Shown one piece after another: positions 11,409 to 27,372 of a stretch of DNA of 64,000 bases. The position numbers and the translations under genes are program-made. The stretch comes from Eledone cirrhosa (Eukaryota): contig OZ024751.1 in assembly GCA_964016885.1 (NCBI GenBank), positions 21,328,001 to 21,392,000 of the forward strand, in the 5' to 3' direction. Under the pieces are notes generated by a model. The model did not search any database, was not told where the DNA came from, and saw only the letters and a list, made by a program, of their open reading frames with translations. The first letter of the stretch is position 1. Each line of letters opens with the position of its first letter.

Positions 11409-11954
11409 TATATATATATATATATATATATAGGAAAGTCCAACACCTTAACCTTGTGTTTGATGGGGTGGGGAGGAAACTTGGCTGTTGTTTCTAGCAA
11501 GTTGAGTGACCATGTAGAAGCCCTGTTGTGTCTTTGTTTTGTTTTATATATCACTTTTTCAAATATCAGACGTTAATGAGGGAAGGTATAGAACAGATAG
11601 TGATGGATGTTATCTTTACATGTAAACTTCTTTAAAAGGATATATAAATATTCAACTAGAACGCAATTAAGATTGTTTGATTAATCTTGTACCCCCAACA
11701 CTGCGGCCGGCCCTGCAAATACACACGTACACACGGATATATATGCACACACAATCACACATACACACACACTCACACATATATATATATGTGTATGTAT
11801 ATATATGTGTGTGTATATGTGTAAATATATATATATATATATATATATATCCATATGTATATGTTTATGTGTGTGTGTGTGTGTGTATTTCTATGTGTTT
11901 GTGTGTCTGTCTGTACCTGTGTGTTTATATATATAAATATAAGCTCACAGACAT

Positions 11955-12098
<144 letters not shown>

Positions 12099-12426
12099 CT
12101 ACACACGCAGAAATATACACACCCACGTACCCAAACAAACATATTACGTCCATACACACCTCTTTAAAATAATAAAGTTACCAGCTTTATTAAAAACAGA
12201 ATAAACAGAACCAGCCTTCCTCCTCACCCTTCATTCTTTCTCTCCCTCTCTACCCCTCCCTTTCCCCACTCACCACCTCTTCTCACTCTCCTTCTTATCC
12301 TCTTCCCTCTTACCTTCTTCCATCCTCCTCCTACCCCTCATTATCCTCTCTCAAGCTAACTCAGTAAGAAATAACCTCGTACAGCCGACATATTTGTTCC
12401 ACATTTCCCTTACAGCCTCTTGTCCT

Positions 12427-12544
<118 letters not shown>

Positions 12545-12649
12545 GTATATACATATGTACATATACATACACACACACATAAACACACATATACAGATGC
12601 ACATGCACATATACCTATACATATACACATGCATATTTACCACATATGC

Positions 12650-12682
<33 letters not shown>

Positions 12683-13436
12683 CACACATACACACACTCA
12701 CACACATATATACAGATGTACACAGTCACCTACATACACCATACAACACACACACGCACACACATACTCACACACATTTATATACACATACACGCACACA
12801 GAAACACACATATGCAGATACACTTGCACATATACCTATACATATACACACGCATATTTACCACATATGCATATATATATATATATATATATATACATAC
12901 ACAACAGCTGCCCAGTGCAACAAACTTCTGCTGTCCAGTAAATGAGTAGCCACAACCACTTCACTTGGCCTGCTAGAAATAACAGCCAACTTCCCAACAA
13001 ATTCTACTATTCTGAAGGTACAGGCGCGGCAGTGTGTTTAACATATTCGAGGAGAAAACTTCACAAGTTAAAGGCCCCCAGTTGTTTTCACAGCCATTTT
13101 GTACGAGAGGAAAACTAAAAAAAAAAAAATGCGGCCCCGGAAGCATCCGATGATGTTGACCAGTTCTCCTTTTCGGGTAGTGTTTTCGATACTCAGAGAG
13201 TGGGATTGGTCGAGTGCAAGGCCTTTCCCCACTTAAAAAAACCTTCAAAGCAGGCATTGCTTGTTCAGGATCTGTTACAGGTTCGTGTGGCTGGCCATAG
13301 CCTAAAAGTGCACCAAACTCTATAATCTGACAAGCGATTGCAATACTCTTAGCAGAGTTTGCAGCCATCATGTAAGTATGTATGTATGTATGCATATATG
13401 TATGTATGTATGTAAGTATGCATGTATGTATGTATG

Positions 13437-13775
13437 TTTTCTCTTTCTCTTAATTTTGAGTATATTTTTTTGACCGGCCACCTTCCTGGTGGCAAGGTTG
13501 TAAAAGAAAAGAAATTGTCATCCCTTGAATCGCAAGAATGTTTTGCAAATTTTGAAGGTGCCAGCTATCGCAGCCATTTGTAGACTATGAATTAGGGAGC
13601 TGCGCTTTTTGTCCGCAAATCCAAGTTCAGTCATACTTTGGTCCAAGCGGGTTGGTATATAACCCGTAGCTCCAATAATGATGGGTATGAAGCTAAAGGT
13701 GTATCTTGGATACTGGATTTGTAAACTCCTCATCAATGGTCCGTAGATGTCCTCCTTCTCCTGTATTTTTCTGAC
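13437..13775 (-). mobile_element. 5'-truncated copy of the same R4/Dong-type LINE
   Basis: Near-identical to 36806-37131. Encodes ...PIIIGATGYIP...KTFLRFKG* and sits inside (TATG)n. Confidence 0.9.
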
Positions 13776-14399
13776 GTATGTATGTATGTATGTATGTATG
13801 TATGTATGTATGTATGTATGTATGTATGTATGTATGTATGTATGTATTGTGTATGTGTGTATGTATGTATGTATGTATGTATGTATGTATGTATGTTCTT
13901 CTGGTTTTATAATTTCACAAATTTTTTACCAATAGAGAGAGAGTCGGTTTCTAACATAGACACAGGACTCTCTCATTGGAATTTACACAACATCAACTAG
14001 GTAGATATGTATTATGTATGCATGTGTAGATATGGATGTTATTGTATGTGTGGATGTGTATGTTTTGAGTTGTATGTGTGCATGTGTATATGCTTTGCAT
14101 CTGTACATGTGTATATGCAGTTATTTGATGGAAAATATTTGGAATGTTTTACATATTTTTACTGTTCCATTAATGGATTGTACTTGTAGTTTCCTAACTA
14201 GTTGTGTTCTTTATTTATTTATGTATGTATGTATGTATGTATGTATGTATGTATGTATGTATGTATGTATGTATGTATGTATGTATGTATGTATGTATGT
14301 TTGCATCCAATGATGAACACCAGTTCTTTTTTGGCAAACACATGGGATTAGCCCCGTACAAAGCCTTTCCGTAGTATATTTCAGATTGTTCTGGCTAAC

Positions 14400-15206
14400 A
14401 CGCAACACGCACACACACACACACACACACATACATACACACACATACATACACACACATACATACACACACATACATACACACACATACATACAGTGTC
14501 GTCTGCACACACATACACACACATACGCACATACACATAGATACAGACACATTCATGGCATCATCTCCACACACATACATACACATACACACACATACAC
14601 ATCCATACACACACATACACACGCATACACACATACACACACACATACATACACAGTGTCGTCTGCACACACATACACACACAAACACACATACACACAC
14701 ATGTACACACATACACACACACATACACACACATACACACATACGCACACACACATACACACATACACACACACATACACACACACATACACACACACAT
14801 ACATACACACATACACACACATACACACACACACACATACATACACATACACACACACAAACACACACACACACATAGATACACAGTGTCGTCTGCACAC
14901 GGAAATTTTGAAAACATTATTCCGATCACAGTGTCGTCTGCACACACATACATGGCATCATACACACACATACGCACATACTCATATAGATACAAACACA
15001 TACACATCATCATCTTCACACACACACACACACACACACATACATACATACACACTCATACACACACACGCACACACACACACTCACAGTGTCGTCTCCT
15101 CACACGGCCTTATCCCCTGACTCACACACATACACATATACATACACACATATACATACACACACATACATGGCATCATCTACACACACACACATACATA
15201 CACACT

Positions 15207-15248
<42 letters not shown>

Positions 15249-16150
15249 GTGTCGTCTCCTCACACAGCATTATCCCCTGACTCACACACATACACATATA
15301 CATACACACATATACATACACACACATACATGGCATCATCTACACACACACACATACATACGCACTCATACACGCACACACACACACAGTGTCGTCTCCT
15401 CACACAGCATTATCCCCTGGCTCACACACATACACATATACATACACACACATACATGGCATCATCTACACACACACATACATACACACTCATACACGCA
15501 CACACACTCACAGTGTCGTCTCCTCTCACGGCATTATCCCCTGACTCACACACATACACACATACACATATACATACACACACATACATGGCATCATCTA
15601 CACACACACACACACATACATACATACACAATGTCGTCTGCCACACATACATGGCATCATCTACACACACACACATACATACATACACAATGTCGTCTGC
15701 CACACATACATGGCATCATCTACACACACACACATACATACATACACAATGTCGTCTGCCACACATACATGGCATCATCTACACACACACACATACATAC
15801 ATACACAATGTCGTCTGCCACACATACATGGCATCATCTACACACACACACATACATACATACACAATGTCGTCTGCCACACATACATGGCATCATCTAC
15901 ACACACACACATACATACATACACAATGTCGTCTGCCACACATACATGGCATCATCTACACACACACACATACATACATACACAATGTCGTCTGCCACAC
16001 ATACATGGTATCATATACACACACACACATACATACATACATACATACACAGTGTCGTCTGCCACACATACATGGCATCATCTACACACACACACACACA
16101 TACATACATACATACACAGTGTCGTCTGCCACACATACATGACATCATCT

Positions 16151-16181
<31 letters not shown>

Positions 16182-16615
16182 GTGTCGTCTCCTCACATAG
16201 CATTATCCCCTGACTCACACACATACACATATACATACACATATACATACACACACATACATGGCATCATCTACACACACACACATACATACATACACAA
16301 CGTCGTCTGCCACACATACATGGCATCATATACACACACACACATACATACATACATACATACACAATGTCGTCTGCCACACATACATGACATCATCTAC
16401 ACACACACTCACAGTGTCGTCTCCTCACATAGCATTATCCCCTGACTCACACACATAAACATATACATACACATATACATACACACACATACATGGCATC
16501 ATCTACACACACACACATACATACATACACAACGTCGTCTGCCACACATACATGGTATCATATACACACACACACATACATACATACATACATACACAGT
16601 GTCGTCTGCACACAC
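14400..16615. repeat. Compound (CA)n-based minisatellite
   Basis: Recurring blocks tgtcgtctgc, catggcatcatcta and ttatcccctgactc spaced by CA/CATA runs. Regular 59-bp period at about 15630-16000. Confidence 0.9.
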
Positions 16616-16863
16616 GGAAATTATGAGAACAGTATTCCGATCACGGCGCTGTGTGTACACACGAGAATCCCGTTATTAAAAGTTCATTTAGAAAATGGGA
16701 TTGAAACGTTATGGAGGTATTATGTCGATTGAAAGATTTTTCTGCTGCCTCGGGTGATTCTCAAAGACAGCTGCCAAACATAGAGACCACCTGTAAAGAA
16801 GCTATAAAAAGTATCTGCAATGCCATAAAGGTAGTCCTGTGTGCACATATGTTGTGTGTTGTG

Positions 16864-16910
<47 letters not shown>

Positions 16911-16929
16911 CGCGTGCGTGTGTGTGTGT

Positions 16930-17147
16930 TGTGTGTGTGCATTTTGTGTGGTGTATTTATATGAGAGCTGTGTGTGTGTGTTTTGTGTGGTGTATTTATA
17001 TGTGAGGTCTGTGTGTGTGTGTGTTTTGTGTGGTGTATTTATATGTGAGGTCTGTGTGTGTGTGTGTGTGTGTGTGTTTTGTGTGCTGTATTTATATGTG
17101 AGGTCTGAGTGTGTGTGTGTGTTTTGTGTGGTGTATTTATATGTGAG

Positions 17148-17188
<41 letters not shown>

Positions 17189-17500
17189 GTGTGGTGTACT
17201 TATATGTGAGGTCTGTGTGTGTGTGTGTGTGTGTTTTGTGTGGTGTATTTATATGTGCGGTCTGTGTGTGTGTGTTTTGTGTTTTGTGTGGTGTATTTAT
17301 ATGTGAGGTTTGCGTGTGTGTGTGTGTGTGTGTTTTGTGTTTTGTGTGGTGTATTTATATGTGAGGTCTGCGTGTGTGTGTGTGTGTGTGTTTTGTGTGG
17401 TGTATTTATATGTTAGGTCTGTGTGTATGTATTTTGTGTTGTGTATTTATGTGAGCCGTGTGTGTGTGTTTTGTGTGGTGTATTTATATGTGAGCTGTGT
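16930..17500. repeat. Compound (GT)n minisatellite
   Basis: About 11 copies of ttttgtgtggtgtatttatatgtgaggtct(gt)n. Confidence 0.9.
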
Positions 17501-17632
17501 GGTGTGGTGTGTGTGTGTGCGCGCATTTGAATGCATGTGTATGAGAGTGTGGTGTGTACTTATATTATGTATATCTGTGGGTGCGTATTTTGCGTGTTTC
17601 CATATCTTTGTGTATATATACATACATATATT

Positions 17633-17669
<37 letters not shown>

Positions 17670-17710
17670 ATACTTTGGGAGGGTCATGTTGCCAATAAGA
17701 AACACACGCA

Positions 17711-17778
<68 letters not shown>

Positions 17779-17882
17779 GAGATAGAAATTGTATATATCA
17801 ATATATACACTTATGCATACACACATACATATATATATACTTGCATACATACACACACACATATACATGCCTACATACATAA

Positions 17883-17919
<37 letters not shown>

Positions 17920-18149
17920 TAGATATAAGTATAAATGTATACACATCCTTCTTATTATTGATATTTTAATGACAATTTTTCCAACACAAATACAAACATA
18001 CATGAGTAAACACGCGCACACGCGCACACACGCACACATCCACACACACATTCAAATATGTATACACACAAATATCTATATTGCTTGAAGTCACACACAC
18101 ACACATACATGAACAAACACACATCCGCACACATGCACTCGGTATACAT

Positions 18150-18199
<50 letters not shown>

Positions 18200-18263
18200 G
18201 TTGAAGTCACATACACACACAAACACATGCATACACATACTCGTATATGTGTATATTAACAGT

Positions 18264-18545
18264 GAAGGCGTGTGGCTTAAAGTTCAGGGGAATTCGGCTC
18301 ACGATCGTAAGGTGGTGAGTTCGATTCCCGGCGCCGCGTTGTGTCCTTCAACAAGACAATTTATTACACGTTGCTCCAGTCCACTCAGCTGGCAGAAATA
18401 AGTTTTACCTGGATTTCGAAGGGCCAGCTTTGTCACATTCTGTATCACGTTGAATCTTCCTGAGAACTACGTTAAGAATACGCGTGTCTGTAGAATGCTC
18501 AGCCACTTGTGCGTTAATTTCACGCGCAGGGTAACCGTAACTGAT
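18264..18545 (+). mobile_element. tRNA-headed CORE-like SINE family 2
   Basis: ggcgtgtggcttaa...gagttcgattcccgg then tgtgtccttcaacaagacaattt...ttgctccagtccactcagctggc. Related copies at 47820-48025, 51783-51990, 52567-52840 (+) and 22290-22500 (-); a more distant one at 9430-9600. Confidence 0.75.
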
Positions 18546-18949
18546 GCAGAACCAGTTATTTTAGTGTATTAACTGCTTGACTTAATCGTCTTGACTTAAT
18601 TGAGACCTTCACAGCCCCATCTTTAAAATCAGAATGATCATCGATAATTTATATATACATCGATAATATAATTGATTTAGGTGTCACAGAAACCTCCCAC
18701 TGGATTCTACCCTCAATTTCCAGGAGGACCAGGTAAATTCTTTTGTTAACCTGTTTAGCTTGCTTCGTTTTTTTGGCTCCGGATGCTGATAACTTCATGA
18801 TCGCCATTTTCATTTTGTCTGGCCTCTATAACCTATGTTTATTGCTCTGGTCTTCTTTTAGTCCATTGAGCGCTTGCCGCATATCTCGAAGATTGCATTT
18901 CGTTTTGTTTTTGAACACAGCTGAAATACGATCTCGTTGAAATTATATT

Positions 18950-18985
<36 letters not shown>

Positions 18986-19000
18986 AAGTATATGTATATA

Positions 19001-19043
<43 letters not shown>

Positions 19044-19054
19044 ATATGTATATA

Positions 19055-19111
<57 letters not shown>

Positions 19112-19131
19112 ATATATATATATATATATAA

Positions 19132-19164
<33 letters not shown>

Positions 19165-19973
19165 TTATATATATATGTATATATACACACACACACACAC
19201 ACACACAGACACACACACACACATATATATATATATACACGCACACACCGAAAGTATTAGGGAGAGAGACGGGGACATAAAAAGCAAACAAACACAAATT
19301 GCACATATGAAAACGCCACTACACCACCCTGCCACACCACCACCACCACCACCACCACCACCACCACCACCACTACGCCACCATGCTACCATCATTCTGA
19401 AAGTCTTCAAGTCTTTAAATGTCTTCGTGCTGAGATAGTTCCGATTGTTGCTGTCAACAACAGCGGAGCAGAAACTTACCAAATTCATGCATTTCTTGAA
19501 ATTAGGGTGAAAAAAGATTTATAATAATAACAACAATAATAGTAATAATAATAATAATAATAATAATTGCATCAAAAAAACTAGGACAAATGAAATGACA
19601 ATCCCCCCGCATCTCCTTACTCCCAGAATCATGTTCTATTTAGTTTGATTCTGGTATAATAAGGAAGAATTCATTCTTAACATAGAATAATTTAAAAAAA
19701 TTAATAATAAAATCCGTCTTGCCACTACCTCCCCCCAAAAAGTATGGCATTGAACCGCTCAGTTGGTCTTCTTTATGTCTTACAGACACGCACAGAGATA
19801 GGGGGAGTGAGGGAGGGAGAGAGAGAGAGGGGGAAAGAGGGGAAGGGGAGGGAAAGGGAGAGAGAAACGCACGGATTTATATAGATATAATATATATATA
19901 TCTGTGCGTTAATATGTATATATATATATTCCGTTTACCAATATATATATATATATATATATACATATGTATA

Positions 19974-20018
<45 letters not shown>

Positions 20019-20457
20019 CACACACAAAAAAAAAACAGGGAACACACAGACACAGAGAGAGAAAGAGTGAGAAACGCACACACACACATATATATATATA
20101 TGTGTGTGTGTGTATGTATATATATATATATATATACTTATACACAAAAACACAGAGGTCATTCAGGCATACACAGAACATTCAGGCATACACATAACAT
20201 TCAGGCATACACAGAACCAAACATATAAACACACATACACAAAAACATACAGAGAACATACAGACATACATATAGACATACATATATACAGAAGCACAGC
20301 TATATACATACGCGAAAACATATAGACACATACAAACACAGAGGCACATAGCTGCACACATACACAAGAACACAGACATACATACACAGAAGAACGTTTT
20401 CAGATAAGAAATCTTGCAAAACAAATTAAAAAACGAAGTGCATATATATATATATGT

Positions 20458-20812
<355 letters not shown>

Positions 20813-21161
20813 TAAAGAATGCGACCATGTCGGTTGGAAGCTCCCGGATAGTGGGGTTACTAATTTTATTATTGGTCTATTATGCAAATTAGTGTCGGAG
20901 AGGTTTAAATCCCAGTACATTTAAATTAAGCCGTTGGAATAGGGAAAAAAGAAAAAGAAAAAGAAAATGAAAAAGAAAAAGAAAGAGCAAACCCAAAGAA
21001 ACAGAAAGAGCAAACCCAAAGAAAAAGAAAGAGCAAACCCAAAGAAGGAAAACAAAAGAAAGAGAAAGAGAGAAAACCCTAAGTGAGAGAGTGTTGTATT
21101 AACGTAATTTATGAGATGATGAAGCGAAAAAATAAATATATAGTGGATGAATTACGCGGAG

Positions 21162-21302
<141 letters not shown>

Positions 21303-21458
21303 TTTAGCTGATTCAGTAGATTTTGGTTTTGCTTTATTTAAACTGACGAGCAGATTGGGGCTGAAGTCTAATATGTATCCTGAGCCACTCATCTATGAAA
21401 CGTTCGTAACTGAACTTAATCAATAAGAACCGCAATGTAAAACCTCGCTTTGTTTCTT

Positions 21459-21514
<56 letters not shown>

Positions 21515-21803
21515 CACACACGCTCGACAACAGAGGCCACGTGTTGTTCCTCTCCGACTAAAAACTTTCCCCCTCGGAAAACCCCTAGTTGATGGATGCG
21601 AAATCCGAAATATAGGGACAATTAAATCACTTCCAAGGTAACTCTATCTCGTGTTATTATTTTTACACTCTTTCCTACGTTCCTCTACACCCTCTACGTC
21701 TCATTCTAAATTTCTTCTTACATCTCTCTCTTTACCACCTGATTCTGCTACCCGGAGATTTACCCATCTGCATTGTTGAGGCTTCCAAAACGACCAATTT
21801 TAA

Positions 21804-21852
<49 letters not shown>

Positions 21853-22036
21853 TCAGATATATACACCCAGGAGACGAAGTAATTCGAATAGAGCGGACAT
21901 AGCTTCAATCGTTTCCCCACTCACTCGATGGACAACAAAGTTCGAATTATTAAAATTCGAACCCAGCTACCCAGAGTGCACACTATCGTTAATCAGTGAG
22001 GAAGACGACATCGTGAGGGCATATATATATATATAT

Positions 22037-22255
22037 AACGAAGGAAATGTGGTAAGAAACCAGATGGACCATAACGCACCAAAGTACTCAATACTTAGGG
22101 TAGTAGAGTGGGTAATAGGAACGAGTAGGACCCCGACGGCTGAGCTCAAGCCGTTTCGACGGCTAATTCTGGACTAAAATTTTAGTCCAGAATTTTAGTC
22201 CAGAATTAGCCGTCGAAACAGCTTGAGCTCAGCCGTCGGGGTCCTACTCGTTCCT
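22037..22255 (-). mobile_element. Family A fold-back element
   Basis: Tail followed by a hairpin with duplicated aattttagtccag at the centre. Flanked by (TA)n. Confidence 0.85.
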
Positions 22256-22777
22256 ATATATATATATATAAAGTCTAAAGTCTGTCTTAAGAAGGCTCAT
22301 TTGGCCAATGCTTATCCTGACTGAGAGTACAAGACTCTCTCTTGGGCAGGACGCAAGTCCATCGGAGGGTTAAACCCTCATTTTCAACTGAGTATACTGG
22401 AGCAACGTGAAATGAAGTGTTTTGCTCAAGAACACAACACGCAACCCAGGAATCGAACCCACGACATTATGATCGTAAGTCGAACACCCTTACCAGGAAG
22501 TCACACACACCCACATATATATATATACACACACATACATATATATATATATATTTTGATTTTGGCTGTGCGGATGATATGTTTAACCATCATCTCAGTG
22601 TGTTTGGCCCTTAACGTATGTTGTAGCTCTGATTCATATGATTCATCGAGCGCTTGCCACACATATCGGACGTTGATTTTCGTTAATTCCTGAGCTGAAA
22701 ACGATTCTCGCTAATTTATATTTATATATATATATATATATATATCTTTGGATTTTAGTCTTCAAATTTATTATTAT

Positions 22778-22865
<88 letters not shown>

Positions 22866-22930
22866 GTGTATATATATATACATATATATATATATCTTTG
22901 GATTGTAGTCTTCAAATTTATTATTATTAC

Positions 22931-23060
<130 letters not shown>

Positions 23061-23640
23061 CATATATATATAAATGTGTGTGAGTATGTGTATGTGTGTG
23101 TGTATGAGTGTGTGTCTACGTACACACTTACACAGATCACTAATTAGAAAACAATTCAAATAGTTATTATTGCATTGTTTCAATTTCCAATAGCTATTGA
23201 TCTCAAATTAGTAAATGACCAATAAGCAAACACAATATAATGACTGTCTATTGTTGATGATGATTATGATGATGATGATGATAATGTCGTAGATTTTTCA
23301 GGGATGAAGTTGTTTGTGTTGTGTTGTTTGTTTGTTTCTTTTTCTGTTTCTTTTTTTCCCCCCTTCTTCTTCTTGTCCTTTCTTTTCTTATTGGGAATTC
23401 GTTTGTCTGCTCTCCAATTGCAGCGAATAATCACATTACCACTAGTTATTCTAAAAGAAGTTTGATTGGACAACCTGAACTTCTTACTATTTAATGAGTC
23501 TCACAGATCGATAAGAAAGATGTTATCGAAGTCATCGCAGTTGCTGCTGCTGCCTTAGCTGTGGTTGAAGAAGCTATTGTTGTTCTTGTTTTGTTTTATT
23601 TTGTTTTTCTTCTAGTTATTATCATTGCTTTAGTTGATGT

Positions 23641-23935
23641 CAAAATTATATATAATTGTTGTTGCTATTGTTTCAGTTGTTGTTGAGCTAATATATCATT
23701 TTTGTTGCTATTGTTTAGTTGTTGTTTTTTTCAAAATTATATTTAATTGTTGTTGCTATTGTTTCAGTTGTTGTTGAGCTAATATATCATTTTTGTTGCT
23801 ATTGTTTAGTTGTTGTTTTTTTCAAAATTATATTTAATTGTTGTTGCTATTGTTTCAGTTGTTGTTGAGCTAATATATCATTTTTGTTGCTCTTGTTTAG
23901 TTGTTGTTTTTTTCAAAATTATATTTAATTGTTGT
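23641..23935. repeat. 91-bp tandem repeat, about 3.2 copies
   Basis: caaaattata starts at 23641, 23732, 23823 and 23914. Confidence 0.9.
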
Positions 23936-24084
23936 TATTGTTGTTGTTGAAATTATAACTGTTGTAGTTGTTGTTGTTGCTGTAATTGTTAAAATGATAT
24001 TTAATGTTATTTTATCACCTAGTGGAATACAAATGTGAGCTACACATTTTTGAAGGAATGGTGGGCGTATAGTTACACCCCTTT

Positions 24085-24242
24085 GCGTTCAGAGTTCACA
24101 TCCCACCAAGGTTAACTTTGCCTTTCATCCTTACGGGGTCGATGATAAAATAAATCACCAGTAATGTACCGGGGTCGATTTAATCGACTATCCTCACTCC
24201 CTTCCTTTCAGATTTCTGACCTTGTGCGAAAAGTAAAAACAA
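24085..24242 (+). mobile_element. SINE family 1
   Basis: gagttcacatccc...ctttgcctttcatccttacggggtcgat. Confidence 0.75.
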
Positions 24243-24537
24243 TTATCTTTTTCGCCTTTATAATGAGCGCGAATGATTTCGTTTTAAAGTACATCTCTTC
24301 AATCTCTAGGTCATTGTATTTTCTTGATTTTTTTTTTAAATTCTTTTACTAATAATTGAGTGTGTTTGGGGGGGGGGGGTCTGATGGAACAATCATATCA
24401 ATTAATTTGCAGATTTAATCTTTCTTGTCCTTGATAATGATATCTAGTGCATTTGTTTCAATTGCCTGGTCTATACTAACTGGGAAATACCAACGTATTG
24501 TTACATTATCTCCTTCCATAACTGGTTCTGATTGGTA

Positions 24538-24569
<32 letters not shown>

Positions 24570-24809
24570 ATTGGTGGTAGATTAGTAGCAGTATAGATGT
24601 CATTGACATTAGTATCTAAAAAGCCGTGGTCACAAGTATGAAAATACACTCTTGACAGGAACAATGTGTTCGAACACGGCAGAGCCGAATTCCCACCGTC
24701 ATCGCCCCCCATCTCTCTCGCCCTTCCCATCTATCTGTATAGTGAGCAAATGGGGTCCCACGTGCTGGCCGCCCCACAGCCCCGGCGGACAGAATGGAGA
24801 AAGTATAGA

Positions 24810-25222
24810 TTAGAGTTATGGCTCTTTACGTTGTGAGTTCAAAAAGCCTCGATTTTAGCTTCGCCTTTCGTCCTTACGGGGTCAATAAAATAAAGTACCA
24901 GTAACGCACTAGGGTCCATTAAATCGACTTCCTCCTCCCCAAAAATTCTTGGCCCTGTGCATCAACCAGAAAGCATTATTATTATTGTCGCAGTTAGTTT
25001 TGCCTTTCATCCTTACGGGGTCGATAAAATAAAGTACCAGTAATGCACTGGGGTCAATTTAATCGACTTTCCCCTCTCCCAAAATATGTTGGCCTTGTGC
25101 CTATATAAGAAACCATTATTGTCAAAGTTAGTTTTGCCTTTCATCCTTATGGGGTCGGTAAAATAAAGTACCAGTAATGTACTGGGTAATTGTTGGCCTT
25201 GCGCCAAAAGTAGAAACAATTA
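24810..25222 (+). mobile_element. SINE family 1, three tandem 5'-truncated copies
   Basis: Three repeats of gcctttc(a/g)tcctta(c/t)ggggtc..aaataaagtaccagt..ttggcc(c/t)tg(t/c)gc..agaaa, separated by attatt. Confidence 0.8.
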
Positions 25223-26407
25223 TTAAAGTGAAATGTGTGCCCTAACTTTGATTGCTGGTTCCAAGTATCTCTTTCACTTTACTTGCATATGAAATGTTCT
25301 TTAGAGAGACATAAACGTTACAACTTCCCATTTCCCCGTTTCTTAATTACCTCAGACTTTTCGATTATTTCTTTAGAATTTAACACAAAAATATATTATA
25401 TTATATATTTTCTTGTTTTTTTATTATTATTATTATTATTATTCAGCTATCTTTTGGCACATTCATAAATGTTTTAAATCAATATATATTTAATGGGCTT
25501 CAAGGTACAATACCCAGCCTAGCAGATAACCCTGTCTAATTGGGTGAAATTATCATCTAGTAGTACTTACAACAACAACAACAACATCGTCAACAACAAC
25601 AACGACGACGGTGACAGTAGCCGCAACAACAACAATAATGATAACAACAACAACAACACTAACAACAACGACGACAGCAATGATACCAGCGGGAGCACTG
25701 CAACAACAACAACAACAACAACAACAACAGCAACAACATCAACAACAACAAAGATAAGAGTAGCAGTAGAACAACAACAACAGCAACAACAACAACGATA
25801 AAAGTAGGAGCACAACAACAACAACAACAACAACAACAACACAACAGCAAAAGAAGCGACGACAAGCAACAACAACAACAACAACAAGGGTAACATTGTT
25901 TTGAAAAGATAGTTTTGGTAACTCTACATAGTTAGAGTAAAATATCTTTTAAGACTTGAATTTACTTAAAAAGGTTAAAAAAATAAAAAAATTAACACAT
26001 TAACGAAGATAAAATAAAAAAATAAATAAAAAACAACAACAACAACAACTAATTTTCTTTTGAAGCTGGTAATTAACTGAAACTCTATAATTAATTTAGT
26101 TTTGTCATTGCTTGAATGGATGAATGGAAGCGAAATTGATGAATTTAAAATAACCTCAATAACCATTATTGAATGGAAAGCAAAAATGTTTGAATTTAAT
26201 GCAACCATATTAAGAATGAGTCGTCGTTTGGATACAGAGTTGTTAGTGAGTCAGATTAGATGTCTTGCTATTTGAGTTCAAATTCCACCGAGGTTAATTT
26301 CACCTTTTGCTTCGTCATCCTTTCGTGTTCGATAACATACCAGTTAAAGACTGAGGTCGATTTCTCTTTTTCTTTTTCACTTTCTCTCCTTTTTTCTCAA
26401 ACACACA

Positions 26408-26481
<74 letters not shown>

Positions 26482-26623
26482 CTCTCTCTCTCCCCTCCTC
26501 TCTCTCTCTCTCTCTCTCTCTTGCTCTCTCCCCTTCTATCTCTATCTATCTATCTATCTATCTACCTATCTATCTATTTGTATTTGTCCCCATCTTTTGT
26601 GCCCCTGTGGCTAATAAAGAAAC

Positions 26624-26695
<72 letters not shown>

Positions 26696-27002
26696 ATGTC
26701 TGTCTATCTATCTAGGAAAGGAGTACAAACTCTTCGTACACCTGGAGATGAGGGTTGCACATTTTTTTTCGAGGGTATGTGTTACCCATATGTAATGTCT
26801 CCCCCTATTGGGGAAAATCGACTAATTTTTAAATTGCATTTGTGATAATATTTTACACGTTTTTATTGTATGTAAACTTCCCTCTTTGTATTTGTCGCCT
26901 TCTTGTGTGCCCCTGTGGCTAATAAAGAAACATATCTATCTATGTACTTTTATCTATCCCCTACTGGAAATTTCGATTGTTATTTTATTATATATAGTTT
27001 AT

Positions 27003-27150
27003 TCGGTAGAGGGTCGGACGCCATGCTTTCCAGCATAGTTACGTCCCTTTACGATCTGAGTTCAAATCCCGCCAAGGTTGACTTTGATAAAATAAAGTAC
27101 CAGTAATGCACTAGGTAATTGCTGGCCTTGTGCCTAAAGTAGAAACAATT
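27003..27150 (+). mobile_element. SINE family 1 (older plus-strand copies at about 26215-26360, 29760-29900, 34000-34160, 41805-41945)
   Basis: tcggtagagggtcggacgcc...gagttcaaatcccgcc...ggccttgtgcctaaagtagaaac. Confidence 0.8.
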
Positions 27151-27372
27151 ATTTATTAATGTTAAAGTTATATGATTTTTATGTAAAACCCCCGCCGTCA
27201 CGTCTTGTAATGTCCCATTTTCTGTACGCCCTTGTGGCAAATATAGAAAGAAATCTATTTCTATCTATCTCTCTGTCTCTGTCTCACTCTCTCTTTCTCT
27301 CTCTCTCTCTCCCCCTCTCCCCCTCTCTCTCTCCCTTTCTCACCCCCTCTCTCTCTCTCTCTCTCGCAAACA

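Noticed and set aside
15630-16000. Regularly spaced repeats resembling a CRISPR array
   Set aside because: The spacers are identical CA/CATA runs rather than unique sequences, there are no cas genes, and the context is eukaryotic.
18264-18335. tRNA gene (A and B boxes)
   Set aside because: It continues into a CORE-like SINE body and recurs as diverged copies, so it is a SINE head.
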